Source: Haliotis rubra (taxonomy: Eukaryota). Taken from it: 64,000 nucleotides of DNA. Below are positions 11,301 through 25,891 of this stretch, one piece after another. Made by a program: the position numbers and the translations under genes. The stretch's first letter is position 1. Each line of letters opens with the position of its first letter. The notes beneath the pieces are model-generated. The model did no database searches. It was not told where the DNA came from and was given only the letters and a program-made list of their open reading frames with translations. The stretch covers positions 496,001 through 560,000 of the forward strand of contig NW_025767080.1 in the NCBI RefSeq assembly GCF_003918875.1, given 5' to 3'.

Positions 11301-14300
11301 GCTCCACACCACCATTCAACTCCACCATGTTCCACACCACCATGTTCAACCCACCATGCTCCACACCACCATGCTCAACTCCACCATTGCTTCACTCCAC
11401 CATGCCATGTCCACACTACCATCCTCCTGCTCCACCATGCTCCACTCCACCATACCCACCATACCACATACCATGCACCACGCCCACTCTTACCATACGC
11501 CTCCTCCACCATGCTCCCTCCACCATGCTTCACCTCCACCATGCTGCCCTCTCCACCACACCCACCCCACCATGCCCCACACTACCACCATACCACATAC
11601 ACCATACCACCCACACTACCATGCTCCACACCATGCCACCACACTACCACCATGTTACTCCACACGCTCTGCCTCCACCATGCTCCACTTTCCACCATAT
11701 ACCTCGCCTCCACCATGCTTCACTCCACCATGCTCCACTTCCACAACACTCCACTCCACCATGGCCCCTCCACCATGCTTCACTCCACCAGGCTCCATCC
11801 ACCATGCTTCCCATCCAACCACACCACTCCACCATGCTCCACACCACCATGCTCCACTCCACCATGCCCCACACTACCATGCTCCACTCCACCATGCTCC
11901 ACACTACCACTATACCACATACAATGCACCACACCCACTTTACCATACGCCTCTCCCTCCACCATGTTCACTTTGCATGCTTCACCCACCATGCCCACTC
12001 CACCATACTCCACTCCACCATGCTTCCACTCCACCATGCTTCGCTTCAACCACCATGCTCCACTCCACCATGCTCCACCCACCATGCTTTACTCCACCAT
12101 GCCCACACACCACCATCCTCCGCACTCCACCATGCTCCACACTACCACTATACCACATACAATGCACCACACCCACTTTTACCATACGCCTCCTCCTCCA
12201 CCATGCTCCTCCGCTCTACCATGCTTCACTCCACCATGCTCCACTCCACCATGCCCGCTCAACCACACTCCACCTCCATGCCCACACCACCATACCACTC
12301 CACCATGCTCCGCTCTACCATGCTTCACTCCACCATGCTCCACTCCACCATACTCCACTCCACCATGCTTCACTCCACCATGCTTCGCTCAACCACGCTC
12401 CACTCCACCATGGTCCACTCCACCATGCTTTACTCCACCATGCCCCACACTACCATGCTCCACTCCACCATGCTCCACACTACCACTATACCACATACAA
12501 TCCACCACACTCCACTTTACCATACGCCTCTCCCCTCCACCATGCTCCGTTCTACCATGCTTCCACTCCACCAGGCTCCATCCACCATGCTCCGCTCTCA
12601 ACCACACCCACACTTCCATGCTCCACACCACCATGCTCCACTCCACCATGCCCCACACTACCATGCTCCACTCCACCATGCCCACACTACCACCATACCA
12701 CATACAATGCACCACACTCCACTTTACCATACGCCTCTCCCCTCCACCATGCTCCGCTCCACCATGCTCCACTCCACCATGCTTCACTCCACCATGCTCC
12801 GCTCCACCACACTCCACTCCACCATGCTCCGCTCCACCATGCTTCACTCCACCAGGCTCCATCCACCATGCTCCGTTCAACCACACTCCACACTTCCATG
12901 CTCCACACCACCATGCTCCACTCCACCATGCCCCACACTACCATGCTCCACTCCACCATGCTCCACACTACCACTATACCACATACAATGCACCACACTC
13001 CACTTTACCATACGCCTCTCCCCTCCACCATGCTCCGCTCCACCATGCTTCACTCCACCATGCTCCACTCCACCATACTCCACTCCACCATGCTCCATCC
13101 ACCATGCTCCGTTCCACCACACTCTCCACACCCACCATGCCCACACCACCATGCTCCACTCCACCATGCTCCACACCACCATGCTCCACTCCACCATACC
13201 CCACACTACCACCACACCCACCATGCACCACACTCCACCTGCCCTACCACCACCATACGCCCTACTCCACCATGCCCTACTACTCCACCATGCACCACAC
13301 TACCACTCCACCACCACACGCACCATGCCCACACCACCATGCCTCCACTCCACCATGCTTCGCCAACTCACCCTCCACCATGCTCCGCTCCACCACACTC
13401 CACTCCACCATGCTCCACTCCACCATACTCCGATCCACCAGGCTCCATCCACCATGCTCCGTTCAACCACACTCCACACTTCCATGCTCCACTCCACCAT
13501 GCTCAGCTCAACCACACTCAACTCCAGCATGCTCCCCTCCACCATGCTCCATACTACCATGGTCCACACTACAATGCCCTACTACACCATGCTCCACACT
13601 ACCATGCCCTGCTCCACCATGCTCCACAGGACCATGCCCCACTCCACCATGCTCAACACTGTGATGCCCTGCTCCACCATGCTCCACACCACCATACTCC
13701 ACACTACCATGCCCTACTCCACCATGCTCCACACTACCATGCGCCACACCACCATGCTCAACTCCACCACGCTCCACACTACCACCATACCACATACAAT
13801 GCACCACACTCCACTTTACCATACGCCTCTCCCCTCCACCATGCTCCCCTCCACCATGCTTCACTCCACCATGCTCCACTCCACCATACTCCGATCCACC
13901 ATGCTTCACTCCACCATGCTCCACCCCACCACACTCAACTCCACCATGCTCCGCTCCACCATGCTTTACTCCACCAGGCTCCATCCACCATGCTCCACCT
14001 TTCAACCACACTCCACACATCCATGCTCCACACCACCATGCTCCACTCAACCATGCCCCACACTACCATGCTCCACTCCACCATGCTCCACACTACCACT
14101 ATACCACATACAATGCACCACACTCCACTTTACCATACGCCTCTCCCCTCCACCATGCTCCGCTCCACCATGCTTCACTCCACCATGCTCCACTCCACCA
14201 TGCTCCACTCAACCACCACTCCACTCCACCACCATCCACCCCTTTACCCACCAGGCTCCATCCACCATGCTCCGTTCAACCACACTCCACACTTCCATGC

Positions 14301-17300
14301 TCCACTCCACCATTCTCTGCTCCACCATGCTTCACTCCACCATGCTCAGCTCAACCACACTCTACTCCAGCATGCTCCGCTCCACCATGCTCCATACTAC
14401 CATGGTCCACACTACAATGCCCTACTACACCATGCTCCACACTACCATGCCCTGCTCCACCATGCTCCACAGGACCATGCCCCACTCCACCATGCTCAAC
14501 ACTGTGATGCCCTGCTCCACCATGCTCCACACTACCATACTCCACACTACCATGCCCTACTCCACCATGCTCCACACTACCATGCGCCACACCACCATGC
14601 TCAACTCCACAACGCTCCACACTACCACCATACCACATACAATGCACCACACTCCACTTTATCATACGCCTCTCCCTCCTCCAGTACCTGCTCTCCACCA
14701 TGCTCCATCCTCCACCATGCTCCTCACTCCACCATGCTCCACTCCACCATACCACTCCACCATGCTTCACTCCACCATCTCCACCACCACCCACCATCCA
14801 CCATCCCCTCCACCATACCATACTCCACCAGGCTCCATCCACCATGCCCGCTCAACCACACTCCACACATTACCATGCTCCACACCACCATGCTCCACTC
14901 AACCATGCATGCCCCCACCTACCATGCTCCACTCCACCATGCCCACACTACCACCATACCACATACAATGCACCACACCCACTTTACCATACGCCTCTCC
15001 CTCCACCATGCTCTGCTCCACCATGCTTCACTCCACCATGCTCCACTCCACCATACTCCACTCCACCATCCTTCACTCCCCATCCACCATGCCCCACCAC
15101 TCACACTTCCATCCCCACCACTCATGCTCGACTCCACCATGCTCCACACTACCACCATACCACATACAATGCACCACACTCCACTTTACCATGCTCTCCT
15201 CCACCATGCTTCTGTTCCACCATGCCCAACTCAACCATGCTCCTACTCCACATGCCACACCACAATGCCCTACCACACCTACCACATTACCATGCCCCAC
15301 TCCACCATGCCCCTTCCACCATGCCCCACTCTACCATGCTCAACACCACCATGCCCTGCTCCACCATGCTCCACACCACCATGCCACAACCACCACTCTA
15401 CTCCACCATGCCCCACACTACCATGCGCCTACACCACCCTCCACCATGCCCACACTACCACCATACCACATACAATGCACCACACTCCACTTTACCATAC
15501 GCCTCTCTCCTCCACCATGCTCCCCTTCACCATGCTTCACTCCACCATGCTCCACTCCACCATACTCCGATCCACCATGCTTCACTCCACCATGCTCCCC
15601 TTCACCATGCTTCACTCCACCATGCTCCACTCAACCACACTCCACCATGCTCTCCACCATGCTTCACTCCACCAGGCTCCATTCACCATGCCCGTTCAAC
15701 ACGCCCACACTCCATGCTCCACACCACCATGCTCCACTCCACCATGCCCCACACTACCATGCTCCACTCCACCATGCTCCACACTACCACCATACTCACA
15801 TACAATGCACCACACTCCACTTTACCATACGCCTCCCCCTCCACCATGCTCCACTCTACCATGCTCCACTCCACCATGCCTCCGCCTCCACCACCTCCAC
15901 ACCATGCTTCTCACTCAACCACACCCGCCCACCTCCATACCATGCTGCCCACCATGCTTCACTCCACCAGGCTCCATCCACCATGCTCCGTTCAACCACA
16001 CTCCACACTTCCATGCTCCACACCACCATGCTCCACTCCACCATGCCCCACACTACCATGCTCCACTCCACCATGCTCCACACTACCACTATACCACATA
16101 CAATGCACCACACTCCACTTTACCATACGCCTCTCCCCTCCACCATGCTCCGCTCTACCATGCTTCACTCCACCATGCTCCACTCCACCATACCCGCCCA
16201 CCATGCTCCACTCCACCATGCTCCGCTCACCACACTCCACTCCACCATGCTGCACCACATGCCTTCACTCCACCATGCTCCATCCACCATGCTCCACACC
16301 ATACCACACATACCACATACCATGCACCACACTCCACCATGCTCACTTCACCATGCCTCCACACTACCATGCCTCCACCATGCAGCATACTCCACCATGC
16401 ATTATACTCACAAACCATGCTCCACACTCCCCTTACATACGCCTCCACTCCACCATGCTTCCACTACTCATGCTTTTACTCCATGCTCCATCCACCATGC
16501 TCTGTGCCAACCACGCCTCCACACTACCATGCTCAACACAACCATGCTCCAATCCACCATGCTCCACACTACCATGCCCTACCCACCATACTCCACACTA
16601 CCATGTGCCAACACCACCATGCTCACTCCACCATGCTGCCACACTACCACTCATACCACATACAATGCACCACACTCCACTTTACCATACGCCTCTCTCC
16701 TCCACCATGCTCCCCTTCACCATGCTTCACTCCACCATGCTCCACTCCACCATACTCCGATCCACCATGCTTCACTCCACCATGCTCCCCTTCACCATGC
16801 TTCACTCCACCATGCTCCACTCAACCATACTCCGATCCACCATGCTCCCCTTCACCATGCTTTACTCCACCATGCTGCATCCACCACACTCAACTCCACC
16901 ATGCTCCGCTCCACCACTCTCCACACATCCATGCTCCACACCACCATGCTTCACTCCACCATGCTCCCCTTCACCATGCTTCACTCCACCATGCTCAACT
17001 CCACCACACTCAACTCCACCATGCTCCACTCCACCATGCTTTACTCAACCAGGCTCCATCCACCATGCTCCGTTCAACCACACTCCACACATCCATGCTC
17101 CGCACCACCATGCTCCACTCAACCATGCCCCACACTACCATGCCCCACTCCACCATGCTCAACACTGTGATGCCCTACTCCACCATGCTCCACACTACCG
17201 TACTCCACACTACCATGCCCTACTCCACCATGCTCCACACTACCATGCACCACACCACCATGCTCAACTCCACCACGCTCCACACTACCACCATACCACA

Positions 17301-20300
17301 TACAATGCACCACACTCCACTTTACCATACGCCTCTCCCCTCCACCATGCTCCGCTCCACCATGCTTTACTCCACCAGGCTCCATCCACCATACTCCGTT
17401 CAACCACACTCCACACTTCCATGCTCCACTCCACCATACTCTGCTCCACCATGCTTCACTCCACCATGCTCAGCTCAACCACACTCTACTCCAGCATGCT
17501 CCGCTCCACCATGCTCAACTCCACCATGCCCTCCTCCACCATGCTCCACAGGACCATGCCCCACTCCACCATGCTCAACACTGTGATGCCCTACTCCACC
17601 ATGCTCCACACTACCGTACTCCACACTACCATGCCCTACTCCACCATGCTCCACACTACCATGCGCCACACCACCATGTTCAACTCCACCACGCTCCAAA
17701 CTACCACCATACTACATACAATGCACCACACTCCACTTTACCATACGCCTCTCTCCTCCACCATGCTCCCCTTCACCATGCTTCACTTCACCATGCTTCA
17801 CTCCACCATAATCCGATCCACCATGCTTCACTCCACCAGGCTCCGCTCCACCATGCTTCACTCCACCAGGCTCCATCCACCAAGCTCCACCACACTCAAC
17901 TCCACCATGCTCCGCTCAACCATGCTTTACTCCACCAGGCTCCATCCACCATGCTCCGTTCAACCACACTCCACACTTCCATGCTCCACACCACCATGCT
18001 CCACTCAACCATGCCCCACACTACCATGCTCCACTCCACCATACTCCACACTACCACCATACCACATACAATGCACCACACTCCACTTTACCATACGCCT
18101 CTCCCCTCCACCATGCTCCCCTCCACCATGCTTCACTCCACCATGCTCCACTCCACCATACTCCACTCCACCATGCTCCACTCCACCATGCTTCGCTCAA
18201 CCACACTCCACACTACCACCATGGTCCGCTTCCACCATGCTTTACTCCACCAGGCTCCATCCACCATGCCCGCCTCAACCACACTCCACACTTCCATGCT
18301 CCACGCCACCATACTCTGCTCCACCATGCTTCACTCCACCATGCTCAGCCTCAACCACACACCTACTCCAGCATGCCTCCCGCCCACCATGCTGCTCAAC
18401 TCCACCATGCCCTGCTCCACCATGCCCACAGGGACCATGCCCCACTCCACCATGCTCAACACTGTGATGCCCTGCTCCACCTCCACACTGCTCCACACAC
18501 CACTGCTACCCACACTCCACCATGCCCTACTCCACCATGCTCCACACCACCATGCGCCACACAAACACCATGCTCCACTCCACCATGCCCACACTACCAC
18601 CTATACCACATACAATGCACCACACTCCACTTTACCATACGCCTCTCCTCCACCATGCTCCACCATCTTCACTCCACCATGCTTCACTCCACCATGCTTC
18701 ACTTCACCATAATCCACCACACTCCACCATGCCTCACTCCACCATGCTCAACTTCACCATGCTCAACTCCACATTGCTCCACCATGCTCCCACTACCACC
18801 ACTCCACCCACTCCACACTACCATGCCCACTCCACCATGCTCCACACCACCATGCCCTCCATCCACCATGCTCCACACTACAACCACACTACCACTCCAC
18901 CATACATCCACCATCCTCCACACCACCATGCCTCAACTCCACCATGCTCCACACTCACCATGCCCCACACTACCATGCTCAACTCCACCATGCTCCCACA
19001 CTACCACCATACCACATACAATGCACCACACTCCACTTTACCATACGCCTCTCCCCTCCACCATGCTCCACTCCACCATGCTTTACTCCACCAGGCTCCA
19101 TCCACCATACTCCGTTCAACCACACCCACACACTTCATGCTCCGCTCCACCATACTCTGCTCCACCATGCTTCACTCCACCATGCTCAGCTCAACCACAC
19201 TCTACTCCAGCATGCTCCGTTCCACCATGCTCAACTCCACCATGCCCTCCTCCACCATGCTCCACAGGACCATGCCCCACTCCACCATGCTCAACACTGT
19301 GATGCCCTACTCCACCATGCTCCACACTACCGTACTCCACACTACCATGCCCTACTCCACCATGCTCCACACTACCATGCGCCACACCACCATGCTCAAC
19401 TCCACCACGCTCCACACTACCACCATACTACATACAATGCACCACACTCCACTTTACCATACGCCTCTCTCCTCCACCATGCTCCCCTTCACCATGCTTC
19501 ACTCCACCATGCTTCACTCCACCATGCTCCGCTCCACCATAATCCGATCCACCATGCTTCACTCCACCAGGCTCCACTCCACCACACTCAACTCCACAAT
19601 GCTCCGCTCCACCATGCTTTACCTCCACCAGGCTCCATCCACCATGCTCCGTTCAACCACACTCCAAACATTCATGCTCCACACCACCATGCTCCACTCA
19701 ACCATGCCCCACACTACCATGCTCCACTCCACCATACTCCACACTACCACCATACCACATACAATGCACCACACTCCACTTTACCATACGCCTCTCCCCT
19801 CCACCATGCTCCCCTACACCATGCTCCGCTCCACCATGCTTCACTCCACCATGCTCCACTCCACCATGCTCCACTCCACCATGCTTCCCTCAACCACGCT
19901 CCACTCCACCATGGTCCGCTCCACCATGCTCCACTCCACCAGGCTCCATCCACCATGCTCCGTTCAACCACGCTCCACACTTCCATGCTCCACCCCACCA
20001 TACTCTGCTCCACCATGCTTCACTCCACCATGCTCAGCTCAACCACACTCTACTCCAGCATGCTCCGCTCCACCATGCTCAACTCCACCATGCCCTGCTC
20101 CACCATGCTCCACAGGACCATGCCCCACTCCACCGTGCTCCACACTACCATACTCCACACTACCATGCCCTACTCCACCATGCTCCACACTACCATGCCC
20201 CACACTACCATGCTCCGCTCCACCATGCTCCACACTACCACCATACCACATACAATGCACCACACTCCACTTTACCATACGCCTCTCTCCTCCACCATGC

Positions 20301-22752
20301 TCCCCTTCACCATGCTTCACACCACCATGCTTCACTCCACCATGCTCCACTCCACCATGCTTCCACTGCTTCACTCCACCATGCTCCACTCCACCAAACT
20401 CCACTCCACCATGCTCCATCCACCATGCCCGCTCAACCAGGCTCTCCATCCTTCCATGCTCCGTTCAACCACATGCTCCACTCCACCATGCTCCACACTA
20501 CCCACCATACCACATACAATGCACCACATGCTCCACTTTACCACCATACTTCCTCTCCCTCCACCATGCTTCACTCCACCATGCTCCACTCCACCATACT
20601 CCACTCAACCAGGCTCCATCCACCATGCTCCGTTCAACCACTCTCCACACTTCCATGCTCCACACCACCATGCTCCACTCCACCATGCTCCACACTACCA
20701 CCATACCACATACAATGCACCACACTCCACTTTACCATACGCCTCTCCCCTCCACCATGCTCCGCTCTACCATGCTTCACTCCACCATGCTCCACTCCAC
20801 CATGCTTTACTCCACCAGGCTCCATCCACCATGCTCCGTTCAACCACACTCCACACTTCCATGCTCCACACCACCATGCTCCACTCCACCATGCCCCACA
20901 CTACCATGCTCCACTCCACCATACTCCACACTACCACCATACCACAAACAATGCACCACACTCCACTTTACCATACGCCTCTCCCCTCCACCATGCTCCG
21001 CTCCACCATGCTTCACTCCACCATGCTCCACTCCACCATACTCCACTCCACCATGCTCCACTCCACCATGCTTCGCTCAACCACACTCCACTCCACCATG
21101 GTCCGCTCCACCATGCTTTACTCCACCAGGCTCCATCCACCATGCTCCGTTCAACCACACCCCACACTTCCATGCTCCACTCCACCATACTCTGCTCCAC
21201 CATGCTTCACTCCACCATGCTCAGCTCAAGCACACTCTACTCCAGCATGCTCCGCTCCACCATGCTCAACTCCACCATGCTCCATACTACCATGGTCCAC
21301 ACTACAATGCCCTACTACACCATGCTCCACACTACCATGCCCTGCTCCACCATGCTCCAAAGGACCATGCCCCACTCCACCATGCTCAACACTGTGATGC
21401 CCTGCTCCACCATGCTCCACACTACCATACTCCACACTACCATGCCCTACTCCACCATGCTCCACACTACCATGCGCCACACCACCATGCTTCACTCCAC
21501 TATGCTCCACACTACCACCATACCACATACAATGCACCACACTCCACTTTACCATACGCCTCTCTCCTCCACCATGCTCCCCTTCACCATGCTTCACACC
21601 ACCATGCTTCACTCCACCATGCTCCGCTCTACCATGCTTCACTCCACCATGCTCCACTCCACCATACTCCACTCCACCAGGCTCCATCCACCATGCTCCG
21701 TTCAACCACTCTCCACACTTCCATGCTCCACACCACCATGCTCCACTCCACCATGCTCCACACTACCACCATACCACATACAATGCACCACACTCCACTT
21801 TACCTTACGCCTCTTCCCTCCACCAGGCTCCGCTCTACCATGCCCTACTCCACCATGCTCAACACTATCATGTCCCTGCCCCACCATGCTCCACACTACC
21901 ATACTCCACTCCACCATGCTGAACTCCACCATGCTCAACGCTACCATGCTCAACTCCACATTGCTCCACACTACCATACTCCACTCCACCATGCTTCACT
22001 CCATCATGCTCCGCTCCACCACACTCCGCTCCACCATGCTGAACTCCACCATGCTCAACACTACCATGCTCAACTCCACATTGCTCCACACTACCATGCT
22101 CCACTCCACCACGCTCCGTTCCACCATGCTCCACACTACCACCATACCACATACCATGCACCACACTCCACTTTACCATACGCCTCCCCACTCCACCATC
22201 CTCCGCTCCACCATGCTTCACTCCACCATGCTCAACTCCACCATCTCCACTCCACCATGCTTCACTCCACCATGCTCCGCTCAACCACACTCAACTCCAC
22301 CATGCTCCGCTCCACCATGCTTTATTCCACCAGGCTCACTCCACCAGGCTCCATCCACCAGGCTCCGTTCAACCACACTCCACACTTCCATGCTCCACAC
22401 CACCATGCTCAACTCCACCATGCTCCACACTACCATGCTCCACTCCACCATGCTCCACACTACCATGCTTCACACTACCATGCTCCACACTACCATGCCC
22501 TGCTCCACCATGCTCGACAGGACCATGCCCTACTCCACCATGCTCAACACTATCATGTCCCTGCTCCACCATGCTCCACACTACCATACTCCACACTACC
22601 ATGCCCTGCTCCACCATACTCCACACTACCATGCCCTACTCCGCCATGCTCCACACTACCATGCTCCACACCACCGTGCTCAACTCCACCACGCTCCACA
22701 CTACCATGCCCTGCTCCACCATGCTCAACTCCACCATGCTCCGCTCCACCAG
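8376..22752. repeat. ~14.4 kb satellite of a 15-bp unit (consensus CTCCACCATGCTCCA) with higher-order repeats
   Basis: Continuous 15-bp periodicity, C/A-rich and G-poor on +. Recurrent landmark blocks include ccacatacaatgcaccacactccactttaccatacgcctctc and acaggaccatgccccactccaccatgctcaacactgtgatg. Confidence 0.97.
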
Positions 22753-23199
22753 ATCACCACAACCACGTACACAGACACTCAATCTGTCATGTCTGTGTGT
22801 GTTACTAATAATATCAAGGTGATACCAATAATATCAAAATGTTTCATATGAATAAAGAAAAGTGGTTTCATTTCCGCTAGAGAAACTCAAACCAGTTTTT
22901 TCTAAAACAATTCCAGAATTGGTGGCAGAAATTATGATATCCCACTGGTGTAGATGTGGGCTGTCAAATACAGCATACCTACTCCCTCATCTCCAAACGT
23001 TCATGACCCAATGACATGGCCTACCATAGACTGGTGGAGCTCTGCCTGTACGGTTGACAGTGGTCACTGGCTATCCAGAATTTGAGTAAGGGTTATCGCA
23101 GTGACAAGGTAAGTTTGAACCTAAAGGGTATAGGTTTGTTTGCAGAATACAATATTTAGTGAAATGAAGTAAAACAATTCAGTTATGAATGTACGATAC

Positions 23200-23560
23200 T
23201 CCCTGTCTTCCCACTATCTACCTTTCCATGGTGTGGTGTATATCTTTAAATATATCTTCGTATGGTGTGATGTCTGCCTTCCCGTCTTCCCACTATCTAT
23301 ATTTCCATGGTGTGTGTATATCTTTAAATTTATCTTTCATGGTGTGGTGTCTTGTCTTCACGTCTTCCCACTATCTCTCTTTCTATGGTGTGGTGTATAT
23401 CTTTAAATATATCTTCGTATGGTGTGATGTCTGCCTTCCCGTCTTCCCACTATCTATATTTCCATGGTGTGGTGTATATCTTTAAATATATCTTTCCATG
23501 GTGTGATGTCTGTCTTCCCGTCTTCCCACTATCTATCTTTCTATGGTGTGGTATCTGTCG
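23200..23560. repeat. ~79-bp tandem repeat (about 5 copies) leading into the 22-bp satellite
   Basis: tcttcccactatct recurs at ~23206, 23285, 23364, 23442 and 23521. Units contain ttccatggtgtgg. Confidence 0.85.
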
Positions 23561-25082
23561 TTTCCTTGCATGGTGTATGTCTTTCCATGGCGTGGTGTTG
23601 GTCTTTCTATGGCATAGTGTCTGTCTTTCCATGGTGTAACCTCTGTCTTTCCATGGTGTAGTGTCTGTCTGTCTTTCCATGGTGTAGTGTCTGTCTTTCC
23701 ATGGTGTAGTGTCTGTCTTTCCATGGCATGGGGTTGGTCTTTCAATGGCGTAGTGTCTGTCTTTCCATGGTGTGGTGTCTGTCTTTCCATGGTGTAGCGT
23801 CTGTCTTTCCATGGCGTAGTGTCTGTCTTTCCATGGTGTAGTGTCTGTTTTCCATGGCGTAGTGTCTGTCTTTCCATGGTCTAGTGTCTGTCTCTCCATG
23901 GCGTGGTGTTGGTCTTTCCATGGTGTGGTGTCTGTCTTTCCATGGTGTAGTGTATGCCTTTCCATGGCGGGGTGTCTGTCTTTCCATGGCGTAGTGTCTG
24001 TCTTTCCATGGCGTAGTGCCTGTCTTTCCATGGCGTAGTGTCTGTCTTTCCATGGTGTGGTGTTGGTCTTTCCATGGTGTAGTGTCCTACTTTCCATGGT
24101 GTAGTGTCTGTCTTTCCATGGTGTAGTGTCTGTCTTTCCATGGTCTAGTGTCTGTCTTTCCATGGTGTAGTGTCTGTTTTCCATGGCGTAGTGTCTGTCT
24201 TTCCATGGTCTAGTGTCTGTCTGTCCATGGCGTGGTGTAGCGTCTGTCTTTCCATGGTGTAGCGTCTGTCTTTCCATGGTGTAGCGTCTGTCTTTCCATG
24301 GTGTAGTGTCTGTCTTTCCATGGTGTAGCGTCTGTCTTTCCATGGTGTGGTGTCTGTCTTTCCATGGTGTAGCGTCTGTCTTTCCATGGTGTGGTGTCTG
24401 TCTTTCCATGGTGTAGTGTCTGTCTTTCCATGGTGTAGCGTCTGTCTTTCCATGGTGTGGTGTCTGTCTTTCCATGGTGTAGTGTCTGTCTTTCCATGGT
24501 CTAGTGTCTGTCTGTCCATGGCGTGGTGTAGCGTCTGTCTTTCCATGGTGTAGCGTCTGTCTTTCCATGGTGTAGCGTCTGTCTTTCCATGGTGTAGTGT
24601 CTGTCTTTCCATGGTGTAGCGTCTGTCTTTCCATGGTGTGGTGTCTGTCTTTCCATGGTGTAGCGTCTGTCTTTCCATGGTGTGGTGTCTGTCTTTCCAT
24701 GGTGTAGTGTCTGTCTTTCCATGGTGTAGCGTCTGTCTTTCCATGGTGTGGTGTCTGTCTTTCCATGGTGTAGCGTCTGTCTTTCCATGGTGTGGTGTCT
24801 GTCTTTCCATGGTGTAGTGTCTGTCTTTCCATGGCGTGGTGTTGTTTTCTCCATGGTGTTGTGTCTGTCTTTCCATGGCATAGTGTATGTCTTTCTATGG
24901 TGTGGTGTCTGTCTTTCCATGGCGTGGTGTTGTTCTCTCCATGGTGTTGTGTCTGTCTTTCCATGGCGTAGTGTCTGTCTTTCCATGGTCTAGTGTCTGT
25001 CTGTCCATGGCGTGGTGTTGGTCTTTCTATGGTGTGGTGTCTGTCTTTCCATGGTGTAGTGTCTGTCTTTCCATGGTGTGGT
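23560..25082. repeat. 22-bp satellite (TGTCTGTCTTTCCATGGTGTAG)n
   Basis: About 70 near-perfect 22-bp units. Source of the MERQTLHHGKTDTTPWKDRH ORFs. Confidence 0.97.
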
Positions 25083-25891
25083 ATAAATATTCCTCTCCCA
25101 AGATGAGTAGCGTGATTTCTAAAACTGATACATTGTTTTAATGTAATAAGGGTCGTAATTACTGGCAGATTGCTGGAAATATACTACTGAACAGACAATT
25201 TTTTTCTTTTGAAAGTATCAAAATATTACAAAATATTAAAATAGATGCCATAAAGCTTGCCATGACACGTTTTAATCCCAATTCTGTCTAGTCTTGTCTT
25301 GTTTTGTCTTGTTAATAGTAAATTCCATGAAATAAAAATCATCGTTAATATGATTATGCTGCCATTAAGTTAAACAAGAAACAAAAATCATATGAACGAA
25401 TACATGTGACAGCTTTCACAGTGTCTGACTGTAACCAGAAAGGGCGGCATACTACACAAGACATTTGCTTGTCTCGCTTTGCAGTTTTATTCCTCACATG
25501 TTTACTATCTGTAGAACTGGTTTTTAGTACATTGCTAAAAATTGTGTAAAACTCACTCTCTCTCATTTATTACTAAAAGTATTCTGAAGGGCACTTGTCA
25601 TCATGAACATGCCTTGTCCTTTGAATGTCTGCAAAACTACTCAATTTTTTACAAGGATAATCAGTTCTGTTATTATATCTCAATATATTTTTTGACAGAT
25701 TACGCAAAGAATCGGTTTTGTCTGACTTTGCAAGAAACGGCTCTACCTATCAAAGGTGAGGTAGTATGTTTTAAAGATGAAACATATCGCTATCAATAGT
25801 TGAATTGTTTTCATTAGGAGACAATCCGTCTATTGTTTCAATGACAACTGTATTTTAGTAGATGCACGATTCCACTGTGTTGCAGATCAGC

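Noticed and set aside
8452-22851. Giant ORFs (3044, 1983, 1537, 1428 and 1255 aa) as a His/Pro/Thr-rich protein gene
   Set aside because: All three frames are open only because the 15-bp unit lacks stops. The peptide type switches frame repeatedly, and there is no signal peptide, unique domain or splice context.
23450-24986. Minus-strand MERQTLHHGKTDTTPWKDRH repeat ORFs
   Set aside because: By-product of a 22-bp satellite cycling through three frames.
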